NCBI GenBank assembly: GCA_043732705.1
Contig: JAYTHE010000011.1
Span: 71,605-135,604 of the forward strand
Direction of reading: 5' to 3'
Length of the DNA: 64,000 bases
Source of the DNA: Candidatus Omnitrophota bacterium
Lineage (GTDB): Bacteria > Omnitrophota > Omnitrophia > Omnitrophales > Aquincolibacteriaceae
The notes beneath the pieces were generated by a model. The model was not told the origin of the DNA and made no database searches. It saw only the letters and a list, made by a program, of their open reading frames with translations. Shown here one piece after another: positions 61,301-63,997 of the stretch (positions are counted from its first letter, which is position 1; the number at the start of each line of letters is the position of its first letter). The position numbers and the translations under genes are program-made.

Positions 61301-63997
61301 TGCCTTAGCCCAATCGGTTTTGGCTTTCGTAATATAAGCAGTTGCGGCATCCGACAAATCTTTGTAAGTCGTATCACTCATGTCAATAATATCCGCAACG
61401 AGTTGCTCTTCACGGGTATTAAATTGAGCGTAATAGATACCTTGATCCGCGTAATACGAGGCGTAAGTGTTGTCTATTTTTTGAACCAACAAATCCATAT
61501 CATGTGTCCAAGGTGCCCAAAGATCTTTTTCTTGGCGCGTAATTTCGCCCGTAGCGGAAGTTTTAGTTTGGCCTTGCACAACACCGTAGGAAATTGAGTA
61601 AATTTCTTTTGTTTTAGAATCGTATTTGACGCGAATAGTCGCTTGGCTCGTATTTTGAGCATCGGCATAAATATCCACACAAATGCTTGTGCTGCCGCAT
61701 GTGTAGGTTCTACGATTCCAATATTGAGATCCTTCTTCATCCTTGTTGTCATTAGTTTGCGCTTCCAAAATTGAAATATCTAAAAATTGACCGGCGCCTT
61801 GTTGGTCATACCCACGCGTATGAATGGTGGTAATAGAGGTCGCACCATAAGTGATGCTTTCGGTAATGTCAGGATGATATTTTGTTTCGTTCCTACTCGT
61901 GTCAGTTTGCTTGTTGCCTTCATCATCATAGGAAATCGTCGTGGTCTTGGAGGTACTATGGTCCGGATTGCCGTCAGGTTGAGACCATTGCTCCGTATCA
62001 GTTGTTGTAACAGTCGGCGGATTTTTATTGTTATCTGTATCCACTCCATGAGTCTTTGTGTAATGTCTGTTTCCATTAGAATAAAAATCTGTGGTACTCG
62101 TTGAGTCTATTTGTACACCATGGGAATCACCTGTCGTTCGGGCTACTTCTGAAACTGTAACAGTGGCATAGCCGATCAACCCATCATTTCCGCAATTCGG
62201 GGTCCCATTTTTACAAACCGGTGTGCTTACATACTGGGTCGTTGTAACCGTATCCGTGCCACTCGGATCATGCGAGGTTGAAACAGATAAAGTAAGGTTG
62301 CCGTTTAAATAAGTTGACGTTGTTTCACTCGATGATCCGGCGGCAACAACAGCCGATGAAGATCCGGAAGTTCCATCTTCAGGTCGGCCGTCCTTATAAG
62401 CCTGTGTGTTCGAGTAGGCCTGACCTCGGTCATTCGTTCCCATTGAAGCCACGAGAATAATTTCGCCACGGTCATTGTAATCTGTTTGCTCTAAATAGGC
62501 TGCCGGGCTATTTCTATAATCGAGCCCTACTTTTTGATTTTGCAGAACGCCGTCTACGTCATAACTGCTCTCCCCGCGGAAATCGGTAACTTTTTCCAAT
62601 GTCCCATCATTGTTAAACTCATTGCGGTAACCGGAACTATACCCTTTAAGCGCCAGGCTTCCCTGCTCCGTAAAATAATCCACATTTTTATTTACGGAAC
62701 TGAAATGGTGCTTAATGAAGTCATATTGCGCCCCGTCGGTCGTGGTGTACATATCGACATTCACCGGTCTTGTTTTACCTGTTGGAAGATAAGTGGCGTC
62801 AGCTGTTGCAAAATTAGCATCCGATTCATAATGATAGGTTGCGGTGGTGAAATGAGATTGGTCAGTATCTTCCGTGTAATTGGCCAAGACACCAAAAATT
62901 GTTTTTGAAACAGTCCGATCAATACGATCCGGCTCAGTCGAGCGATAGGTAGAAAGCGTCTTTTGTTGAACCGAGCCGATTTGCTTGCCCACTTCAAACA
63001 TCAGCGAAAGCGCATAATCAATTTGGTCGCCGTTTGCGGTATAGGAGTTTCTTGAACTCATCCAACCACTTGCTCCGACCACTCCCGCTTTAAACGCGCT
63101 TGTGGAGTCATATTGCGCTTGGACACTGCCGATTATTTTTTTCCAACTGTCGGCGGACATGAGAATGTCAGGAATATCAGTACGATAAGTAATGGTAGTG
63201 GCACCAATCACGACCCCTGTTGAATCATATTGAACACTACCGACTGATTTTTCTGACGCGTCAAAAAATGTTTTTTCCTTAATAATTCCGGAGGGCGTCA
63301 CGGTTTGAACAAAGTTTTCAGAATCAAGCGCGATAGTGCCACCACTGCGGTATGTCTCTGTGCGACGCAGTCTAGAGTTTATATTAACATATTTTGTGAT
63401 CGTCTTCACACTTCCGTCTTTACGGTAATTTTGAGCCGCAGCCGTTTTTCCATCGATGGAAAGATAGGTCGTAGATAATTTGTAATCAAAATACTGGCTT
63501 TGAACGTTCACGTCAGACATGTCGAAAAATACAGTTCCATCAAATGCGGGAGTATTTTTTAGCTGGTAAGTATCGACGCGCACAGTTTGGTAATGACTGT
63601 TCCAAATCTGCATTGAGAGATTGAGCACCGTTCCGTTCGGACGCAACGACACCGAGTAAAGCGCGACATCCGCTGCGGCATGATGCACGTAAAAGGTTCT
63701 TGAAGAAACGTAGGATTTAGGCTGGCCATTAGCATTGTAATCGGTTGTCGCGCTTTGCGTTAAAAAGCCGGTCACATTATCATAAGTGAAATCCGTGCGA
63801 GAAACCGTGCGGCCATGCGCAATCGAAACGGATGATTCTCTCGCGCGCGTTTGGTTTGTAAGCACATTGCCGGCCACGCTGACTGTTTCGTAAATATCAA
63901 AACCCTGATGTGAAGAAGCCAAAACCTTACTATTCGCCGTATCAACCAGCACAAGCTGGGATGTCGCCAAAGAGTTAGCGGTGCATGTTCCCGACAA
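34337..63997 (-). CDS. Giant multidomain membrane protein, >=9,886 aa, 5' end beyond window end. Beta-rich N-terminal region; ~9 tandem ~110-aa repeats; multi-pass TM block; coiled-coil; SF2 helicase-like ATPase; HExxH motifs; GNAT acetyltransferase.
   Basis: Single 29.6-kb ORF in the supplied track, ending at TAA 34337-34339 (minus). Domain motifs are read from the supplied translation; see domain features. Confidence 0.9.
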   Translation of the reverse strand: MSGTCTANSLATSQLVLVDTANSKVLASSHQGFDIYETVSVAGNVLTNQTRARESSVSIAHGRTVSRTDFTYDNVTGFLTQSATTDYNANGQPKSYVSSRTFYVHHAAADVALYSVSLRPNGTVLNLSMQIWNSHYQTVRVDTYQLKNTPAFDGTVFFDMSDVNVQSQYFDYKLSTTYLSIDGKTAAAQNYRKDGSVKTITKYVNINSRLRRTETYRSGGTIALDSENFVQTVTPSGIIKEKTFFDASEKSVGSVQYDSTGVVIGATTITYRTDIPDILMSADSWKKIIGSVQAQYDSTSAFKAGVVGASGWMSSRNSYTANGDQIDYALSLMFEVGKQIGSVQQKTLSTYRSTEPDRIDRTVSKTIFGVLANYTEDTDQSHFTTATYHYESDANFATADATYLPTGKTRPVNVDMYTTTDGAQYDFIKHHFSSVNKNVDYFTEQGSLALKGYSSGYRNEFNNDGTLEKVTDFRGESSYDVDGVLQNQKVGLDYRNSPAAYLEQTDYNDRGEIILVASMGTNDRGQAYSNTQAYKDGRPEDGTSGSSSAVVAAGSSSETTSTYLNGNLTLSVSTSHDPSGTDTVTTTQYVSTPVCKNGTPNCGNDGLIGYATVTVSEVARTTGDSHGVQIDSTSTTDFYSNGNRHYTKTHGVDTDNNKNPPTVTTTDTEQWSQPDGNPDHSTSKTTTISYDDEGNKQTDTSRNETKYHPDITESITYGATSITTIHTRGYDQQGAGQFLDISILEAQTNDNKDEEGSQYWNRRTYTCGSTSICVDIYADAQNTSQATIRVKYDSKTKEIYSISYGVVQGQTKTSATGEITRQEKDLWAPWTHDMDLLVQKIDNTYASYYADQGIYYAQFNTREEQLVADIIDMSDTTYKDLSDAATAYITKAKTDWAKAFTDDKKDAEDDQKWYLSTWGSNWNEYQIGEYGYDCRTTPNFCTAVPVSADGIYLSYSQANRIAGVQEKIAELTAERNDPSRYYGGTGPYRQDQIDIIDSKLAYVDRLTTGAGLKTNAMLTKYIAALNELKTALQKDTFEKRNQDTRDHYDKSIAAYQSMISQIQAIDTQVQSLNSQVDVIAKKNKTDNALIDQDTQSKDDAANAAYQTVNVAHHCDGAGGGLPICQQAAATLTATLQADYIAGRNAKGAKSAAARAQVNSLIGKNDNYETNVVLPVAYPTNTADLVFDNSRLLGLEKDINKAATHADEYAGGLEEAINTFYRERAIFQDENGLYDKDWTIDRFLQNCDADGKNCVDNKDANGDVVPNYFGNGWQAERLELKYYLGYATMNADNSDPALKDINKGDTTKEIVDAWKIKMGALFKKAQDQDMEYRKITDCLSNAGDICHESYPQIRSFYSAVGSSLSAQVYAFTDFSQYFQGPKTSTAKDYLKQHNDLWDAYRRDYDNIIKDYNETKRAGDELTTIATLRTNNSTQYNNMKALIDAWYKQQKDPIVTNLNKTLASIQKQRDEAQQNLDNANADADEGVRVVNERVTYWQLHGLTYDAAFAQVMAEGYLDIKVGVGAGRYDNAQTWAAAKKLQALKTWEHTRDKLNESENKARNTAANKLASLKVQYDQKIADIQKIKDDANKSLDDYKKQLEDPLRIPDFTCSGYNYLHCAGVYGGASPMNGLIYGQETIWTGQMIDNLVDAGYGIAGDWHAFDRKAGFDKLQETGSGGNLDQGTLDFIKNGAQGYFKGVTFNAIKDNEGHYQKFTSRLKVDSQGRSRVVVDKSELINEQSNTVEETNLNNGRIDKAGNVIATDESTGQIMHFTATGYQLVNDAGKVVFESRLNDRGGTDSYSYSSSGHLMGVQSNFNNSGNQTDRGTTLTATSLIKFKNADGTTTWQQKGLLQDGSTRILNQVTYDLTGNLIQADSFFNIAFDGTISAGLTLGGFGIGNATVDPAAYERNKTKEIDSIRANVVPTQELRNRGSLFGIETKDSFTGKITTQWLGIGSTQFSEKIKVNEDMNGHIQVYVTLKDGTVISLGAKDGVSADTAVKNILHLGTVSTETDVRGGTFNQLKIDGLYSLVGDAFTGAKLTAAGFDKFNGEAIRADTNILRGESGFIIYRAATPLDTDFRHDSGLVNFNNLADANSYIEQIPDLISFSTFGRMADGTAFANQSFRVINDGKTLVGKISAADASGNIVSQLVNDAFSDALQHSESFAAAGIDKIHISIDKNGALNQESIDLFGLAIFSTAVTVSGRDGVFIVRQNQANNGALQIGRYESNIKNGNVRQGTLYHSGIYVTDVNGNRLVGFDNPAEFKVAVGAEIAAAGLSDKNFLVTPAGKRFLVNNGGADGNITVDLYNQSAQINLLQIDAQGNLTGHLIMRTLGKWENALNGSLSDKVWGSAALTAANHAKVDEIGGEFTQKLVVSTQNGSIVASNSNADSLYALAIKAFGSFGIRDIAAFTDTQGQVIYESLNGSVKLTGADFLLRGAGTNAGLYFAQVGQTGVKDSIDQVAAFLTGNKLADFVQSNVGQQTQGLNQSQYAVTSTAVLGDAFQQQNGAFLQGLEILINNAGLNSTTFFGVSGNALFSFNSSNLNDFINPLTSIVARGLGVNGDRQYIFFNSGEARLTVNRFNSITKNFETVNYSVKNGTLQAISLETHILGAANDVVREAVLIEQALNGVFAGIDSGAAFQFRGADGVTITAANWNLALVNAKAGFVASEHNGAQLLGVGFTHIGNVAITANSDWVKGNDGSLAFVIASAGEIVNPNNFTSAVDLSAIAGQNVFLESVNTFALANDTTVKAILFNSDHSLAGAYSFGGNEVTANLYSRKDAAGNSINISAKSKTFDQLQKLIDAQTNVITQNNSNLTTEGGASTFRNEIAKLIGPGQTILSGQSIIVTSFSLSGEARYVTGIFAFADGKEAAFAATSIDFANGRINTIDKNGREINIKTHETDFVEGKLVNVERKIQQNQFIGDLPAGLTTAETQEITAALIQHVLVNNDGSIFSPITINMQGGILNTYTTPELERQKQVVVVVDQHGVDGQVLKAGTYRYSEDRKTLNTVTESMLNKFNLTSLAKADTARVGDTLFQITIGTDGNDLLTQVLSGLGIQSKQLLMRNGEFFALAAFDGVNLEAYATPNMIKNKEFAVAGDWLKSNDREFISAGVYNWKENKVTGRVNQAMANTFNVGKLDLVNQLNTTTDTLLNVELSIVGADPSNGLNSMLAILNGWGIQNQQSVLRNGEFFARATIIGGELKAYATPDMLFNGQVAVAGGWLKEKDHREVSAGVYNFKDMKTSSTLTQLMVNKFNLGKLAEANKLNILTDSLLTSTVTIDGANSNNSFNLVLGVLAGWGIQNQQSILRNGEFFGRAVVVDGELRAYATSNMLSNGQIATTELHGSKPGEMLQAGVYSFKVVKETEVLVEERLDGLSIGGLVKADQVRAGDNLEITTVLANFLVTGMLAGMGIQSQAIITRGGQFFARATLANGTLEAYATPNMLFNGQIATTEIHGSKPGEKLDAGVYNFKLSINPKTVTQEMLVNGFVLADLAEVNQIKVGDVIEAQIVKADQLLTNVLAGFGMMNQSIITRNGEFFARAITVDGELRAYATANMLYSGQIATTELHGKAGEKIGAGVYSFSILKSPSQTMTAEMLKKFNLDGLLVTNQLKEGDKLETQTIVAHALLLDALAGFGIQSQTIITRNGEFFARASVLGGELKAYATPDMLFKGQIATTELRDTKTGRTLEAGVWNFDITKKTSTLNAEIVGLFNKLNGLLGADQVKAGDQLESQTVNAHAILLGVLSGVGIQSQSIITRDGDFFARASTVNGELKAYATPNMLYLGQVAVIQTRKDAEGKNISVADIDHFKFKRVDRALEVGEATNGLNVTDRMVGEILKAGSELQGILSGWGIQSSLSVQRNGDVLYNLRTLDAGSSLFMAFDKLGNLGGFLASDGFTPFNLIPKSETGVAHPFTATGNNAIDKTQVGYSRFVSLHGLDDSGKAKTFGLFLSDTGNIQAMISSMGTKTLDEAHFWHGIVGVNIDFFQTGGGVDSLDILYEQRQAGIFIKTDLSAEKVSEAIDLRGKRAVIFHNETMRDKHLDVVVSAVPLNGGDKQSFGMIADELIVSNSTISRDGKVLPEIGFYLSGGKLVGSILDERLQYFQNGNAYVQLFNQFSDGQFRPESSFYTVSKNGQFFGYSTASGNPMPVAYDPNQTAAWNINQQRKVNNYAQFLLPTKVPGESQDIRISLEPTVYPGGSARGSEYDTKILALKGMQFVASPLLGGDGPTLFFNADQFQMINGEIQAVGDHLGDGVHAAFFGKNGFENVYVNTDDGVHGGWTASQSRNASSAVKVSRLTYDDNGVLDQKFYGLASNIVNPTTKEIERFILLSDSAIIKGQVTGALDVNGQALEASFANAAYIFKSPDGNDWKEGQKFSKVSVANKEKYQESLKSQSYLFVDTHGDAVAQFRGLESAEFKEITRSQGFTAALLNAVSFAFTDDGLRIFKQQVGGAQSGHEVVKFFKPDSTNFAVGFERKDGKIILDPAAAVSQKIAHAVQNGIQEIKTANQNNQLGGVNLDGAIQITYLNGDLVVLNNKLDLLFESYSVSRTSSYSIAAKNDSAKTKQVDLVNEVIYFDNGSTYTRRINKTEISVDGVVSSQSSTAIYNAQYHDNVNPSLSWAWLADDAALPLNQQYHLLNQQHDGFNDFVFTAGKTGAFVRSNATGLYVPLTPYDTDGTSVKIVGNQVWVTYTGSLIGKQETLLKGLVVKYNKDNMIEPAGYQLQLDRWMSTARGFETLDFSSSIADLAKMSDLGGYNIKVDNGTLQINLSRTSQITIGLNEHGQLTMIKLLDMSTHTFAYDDAFRMQITYDSHGQVLNIIENSLLTGALGMSATKMFFVHHFNDGVYGSSENFFAGAFGLGDKIDQLSTGEKWFYGITLFVGAVAGIAAAAGFGFAAAGVGTTMTKVVAVSSVKALLLGGVQVFIVPGFIAAVTGLILDINVLKSGGLLWMAGFALPAVTATFIGPTILSSLAGIIGFVTGFAADIMVGRGWDANSFTIQTMKIISLVGMFVGILSSIGRSIGQKLTLMAMEKGGVAAAEKLTLGQALRAAAGKANFIGAANWGAGKTLAYGLWFAAERPLAILGLELTGLGTGRGIWNMVKLSIFFAGAATVGLGYLTGIDEFKNVGLIVMGAIAAVSLFVKGVEKILAARAATKLAPAAGAKAVELGLFGRIGAALQGKVTFNSITNAIVLGSALIWFYANNFSGESELSESIKKGVLLIGGLALGLRAGLFMFGNPIKLFAGFTGTIANRIFNSVQIIGVLTAWTGAILFGIGKFKTFQGQDGAWYESWGSSLLKWGLGLQVGSIFTARLFNKIAIMEGSLAAQVSLKLKDMLIKKSVTETINGLWSSAVGSIMFFKAFPVFESLFGLKHLMQWITGNEIDITVDGEAIHGWGSNFRLAYMKFKHEFFNAEGWTSSRLVHDIAMGFLLHVFGVTYSRGFAGELSNAGGLTKALWRILSPKSYERFIRNNGEKALFGVYGFVDNMLMFNVVMNGITLTQNYIIGKDPTAVDGQSGGKLNELPDMIMAFLTLPVLLGVAVLENNAAGNSTKVFFTDLSKSAILLVPQGDHNSHAVAVKEFIMMRHAAIAERIEKGNWSAEQRERLEKMKENGTYADAHALRKFLAEEAPAGEPVSPVVAATPEGSLPPLLRSDFSGVILRAVMIEASEAMGLRVTNWDHLVELQAKLQEKSEAPSSSAAPESQKTADATKLVHPAFETFQKAQKDLEEAHLGGDVHTIQEMRAQLNLAFEGVITHINGIRSAQLIGPDKSQSSPPAPGRSEALGVIEGAAKAAHPAEEAYTKALKAYNDAVAASVPQDWANKFYQNLVNARAEYFNQVLKPHLTENIDLGFNQSAPVKPTAAGQPTRTIEFKIGSKEGFRQALEKLGIRSSIEASAAMETLLGKEPVDAGVIGVFDFIFANVVAMYVSGVISLPGVASTNATDEVLQVVSRLTDSWRLNTLAAEKPDESTTTPQVQKKERVSTSVAELLGVDLTTGQYADGKKSMLPTDFLKLDARLLNESYLEPLLTIVMRSLNAGGKVPSILDNQTAKGIVEKISNAHARSEAPKVVDSPSKNAAAEKNAADKAGITTKPAEKRAQEPTKLQDARSEMFGQMDGRNVSGILLDGFYVIRSEKPASSPVRSDALAGKASSPASSGPSAPAKMLRKKNASEAGSVLTLREMLSSVRGWFSRKNKAESTESAKIEGEKAEAVLAVINGHTVILSMRTVELMALLEGAPRALIEVSGFNRKLDAHESLNLKIVHEEKTYSEKMTELGDKLEKAQSEAEKSIIKQRMELRTFEFEEQVNILKAAINELASYSDTRLAKEFSTVEEITNTLLIRALPALFDKYQEKGKEAKALIAEIQKKSEQKQQDESEMAELRKKLDTVKQELIKTQYLIEKNTSKLADFESKYESLISFVIDHGSLISKEDFADLDGRMKLFEQLQAVYFETDGQLKNAVQEKRNEIIRVLNSREGVDVMDAYDAAVKKKNKLGIRDATNQIRQMLELSGLKALSGGLREGEYGPITEERSGNNEERLINHLLLTTLHEFNLLSQWGFEEGNKIKKPTDKVIDRLELLRTGHGHLLGTESNSRVDRPASDYLGRGRSQFLAALGLEFGFDVSAGTGVGKTNAQVLGAAFWMANRHIHGGDRMALVLESSDPVLKMTKDEGVISRNALGLGVDFINANNFIAEGKQDFAGLKDAMLRNHDGVLVTDIFTKTHSYNNVDSAEARALLDYIARKIDRTVLDEAQFAAFSQTKAIIANGNRPEPVSPSMFIAGAKMVARLREEVKAGRLKQIFNEKEYIDKTTIATDKDPAARRAADEKVFYIDDQGTVFISKSAHEMIAEWKITDFARDPEISSFILGLYDEKSRMGFTLGVDANGYQKIVLKPSDEKYVYREQQSSDIPLQIASLARLIETQRGNPPERDRVLDRSELKIIDAQVKNIFGMETAKLSPADVSDKAPEAIKKELLDQKLNGFDASGEVNFDQLKKWFDIGSIGKLETKMGTPVQSNFGRGVVGLSATLPEYITLFTGNARMELGRSMPDLSWYKSRNRLSTQNYSADEKTFKDQVKDAVRKAQKNGHNYIFVVNKDLHAKWIEEALLAADMKINPNQIDKVHKETTAKELGDIAEGGENGNRYIIATERAGTGFDLARKLEASDSGNKLPTHVFAFDVQNYASHFLAQIIGRDRSNKGAVNLFYDSEALVKNLSDAIAGIRYDTFKGFLNRALIRAEEDRDLATKTTNNSDTSKLYDQRVEDLKRFITKLESLRGEGGADFSRTKLESVLRAEVGKDSSLIDLISLNVEYREALHQSQGAMAVVRTYAFDRFLMRGLRSLLELTSSDPSLKEEDKALRAIISKAESGKYSNERAILTENGVTGEEYVRNQLKTVIREVIGDRVEGTTKRVFQDSVFADLIKAGFKLEDLNVKFDVNSLEMIESALKDGGQLGFQLDAIKKENKTDGRYAIAHQQNGSVIGFAKTLILFGEFILTTHESRGLARAQQELYAQQKATQTSNPKTVEGDAEKAGVSADVIAGIRNASRGGWGQNFISSRVYNAVQFAKSFMGKVAGQGLFSPAVKMALQGVAAIANDADAEAQMNLGKSLVVNKTDPAATDPAIKALHDFANMGSDKTPTAAEINAALEGAIQVLMTLGLFDASVASNGEEMMRRLALFGGAVGLNNANIGTGFVWKAAAGILNSQYFKADLARFHRSLGGEISDRQQNVYTGRLKEEKRDIREAQTKMEGQAALRSAEDDLYRVLDSKRTRGGWWFSALTPLGQKFFSWNSWKVAILTAKYGPLSFERGENKWLTGTIATAVLAPEILLGFGALLPVAAVGLGIAATFGLSAALIGKQMFSWRGLAGVAALAAGTVALVVGLPVLVPIIASVAGGALLLSRFFSSRLDSSVREKTKAFFDNWVWQNSLVALAVRIPGLGHLINGIRDLLSTWMPGGVFDRTDTIQYLLDGNKYDPSTFNLLLLQAQGFSDEDLIRMEKYHDKFVAAVGSAYSTMTVEQYLKTLKSTVEGIPKKPLAAFAHIAQEALNETRGVGKWREGFAKFVASIFTSVFKSMVSVPSMKSASILFAAAAAFAVGFVKLAGFGLVGGSALGFVAGVLTLVGIGAAIIVIGASLFLLSPRIMKILAAQPASMLGADATKALKEVLDRQITIDGSGFGPKAFKTRFGLLFKYVLPYWFVQVRLRLSSFFIGKPSDDLSSGLTEKFKKRVEATIVSDPLAKEQFAYATIAIAAGKQFGQGPVAVPLIMDELAKQGIENPNFEQFNAALLAIDKNAVPLSEQVYLAMRARGDLSDLLVGELTAVAHADTVLARIVRDGRTVTTQDLDALWSSMEGLGSETIQILARAYNVENYSPNLIESTARQSKKADFLKDYRDMATKLKTASATWGAKPQDEIDSEKKAFEDEIQRLASSKNHPGHVLEWANLLTAFGLGAAREDLLDEIAIQTKATLLKSADQCKTDQECAHKARGAHSIAKIKKRSDPDADTAAYMRGDTMFFNKDLLLKANMLFVDGGSREEVNSVLRAFMLHETMEHDEDAVIKPILKMQIAALKKQGAAGKRQLEMLQQVEKHLEKQGSDSQGQIFRDFFAEYFAALYLRALPPDSQERQDIYSGLGKMLKYMDPLYQRKMSTYREAADLNDDPFKKYQDEISVMVDLNQKSHSEIMGLSKKLKSLEEQRTNLIKALSQKNIKKFMSLGRETEEIKGFKARLGALDKETRDNFLRMKELQANERSLKSGGLSELQRLQNWYMGKVRSTFEMQDKYFARVDMSRWLMRFLNAVQSGDKKLAKEILKQKAAENKKPENIKRGEDVVSAREIKELKALLDNDPLKMQRKGMEYAEKWVRGLVWMMDVYQEKPNVDEEKKEGLNATLKDPETAGKIAEFKKRMKDSHDAIQSGIADLIVQLGLTPQTRTLIDKTIEKYVVLSGDDADSEALRQKIADLVNGDSDDPRLNDAGESMAPKVTADMLKEAEIVLTRLEDLKDENGNMLPMDLSGEAVSVRFKTRKGWDTFAVAATHDSGVLGWADMKWQFGKNSLFNKMGGMIFMSPVERMTRKARVDQKETLAHEYNHLIDPLQSSPDKARANRADRLNYVWREIIREYKSHLAQIPREGDAILAVSFLRDLRDNLERGYLPNFLMKHLKMSASERRSIRDQVGIELRQFSQFMEEAATNFGATGAEGRGKLFDLLSTISDAAPHDDLFNKDSEFKLPGLVKNAAKRAQAAKSDPNSFNLVTLKTEAELSSYFSPQGEMYASMLALHEKDALKEGQSPAQARAAAIGILANIENSVSKGGSEIFVWLNPSDPSDVAAMISTSPVKNYQSVWKQKPELKARHFIADNESPIDAEFATILVDDSDYMIDDIVVSPDFRGSGLGAAFQKTALEVLRQAGVARIRGTTLKGSSLTNKDKVGFEVYKGKEMEGWKRGTKVESYVIDLTKPVVTGVTSDEAAVVEATSVELPAGTGDQMRDGTKRSELRDGVGLSQGVSNANHGADGSVRLEDRAGSAPIATIPVESDSQELLNLAWAQAEATRSNAKGSILGVLMGDEELPTKDKFEVIQPGTLDHDEIFRNGQVMAYVDNDATGLLEQYREQTLINGKKLTPENVNLIAAGILHEAVHANLKDENVRALLIRIKQIPELATYYAVFNSRYGHEDTDRNRDILQEILAYYATKLGMIIDQNEFTAQNIDTIDRLLYLLGTETTSLSVVEDIEGFLKGGTASHPLQSMFGRLNTATFVYALSDASPDLIKSYEELGYKVIRSLTALAETQKAIKLRGSMIHTTFLVLGGIVAHSAEDKFFDELGKTANVIQVEVNESAERPAMAGHLAAILGKEEFLEHLLRGDVKPGNIMHYSALREMLKSLIDEMLAVQKVKSAA
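35105..35135 (-). other. Second HExxH motif near the gene A C-terminus.
   Basis: AAGILHEAVHANLKDENV at ~35100-35150. Confidence 0.3.
35690..36010 (-). other. GNAT N-acetyltransferase core in gene A.
   Basis: DDIVVSPDFRGSGLGAAFQKTALEVLRQAG at ~35790-35880 matches GNAT motif A (R/Q-x-x-G-x-G/A). Confidence 0.6.
36740..36780 (-). other. HExxH motif (candidate zinc metallopeptidase site) in the gene A C-terminal region.
   Basis: ETLAHEYNHLIDP located at ~36740-36780. No third zinc ligand assigned. Confidence 0.35.
42400..44200 (-). other. SF2 helicase/translocase-like ATPase domain of gene A.
   Basis: Walker A FDVSAGTGVGKTNAQV (~44100-44135). Motif II DRTVLDEAQ verified at ~43742-43768. Motif III GLSATLP (~42905-42950). 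Helicase-C-like YIIATERAGTGFDL (~42545-42615). Motif VI AQIIGRDRSNKGAV (~42425-42470). Confidence 0.6.
47800..49420 (-). other. Multi-pass transmembrane block (~540 aa, Gly/Ala-rich hydrophobic helices) in the middle of gene A.
   Basis: Starts after ...DGVYGSSENFFAGAFGLG (verified ~49411-49470). Contains >=10 segments of 18-25 hydrophobic residues, e.g. WFYGITLFVGAVAGIAAAAGFGFAAAGV, LLWMAGFALPAVTATFIGPTILSSLAGIIGFV, IIGVLTAWTGAILFGIG. Ends near ...FFKAFPVFESLFGLKHLMQWITG. Confidence 0.6.
52300..55050 (-). repeat. About 9 tandem ~330-bp (~110-aa) in-frame protein repeats in gene A.
   Basis: Repeated unit ...GIQ[NS]Q[QST][SI][ILV]xRNGEFFARAxxxxGEL[KR]AYATP[ND]ML[FY]NGQIATTE[LI]HG... First copy LLMRNGEFFAL verified at 54782-54840. 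Last, degenerate copy SVQRNGDVLYNL at ~52380. The periodicity is also visible in the DNA (gcaaaaaattctcc... recurs). Confidence 0.75.
55051..63997 (-). other. N-terminal beta-rich, presumably extracellular region of gene A (Thr/Ser/Asn/Asp/Gly/Tyr-rich, Cys pairs).
   Basis: From the supplied translation: compositionally adhesin-like with no hydrophobic helices and scattered Cys-x(n)-Cys pairs (e.g. CRTTPNFC, HCDGAGGGLPIC, NCDADGKNC). The fold cannot be assigned by eye. Confidence 0.35.
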
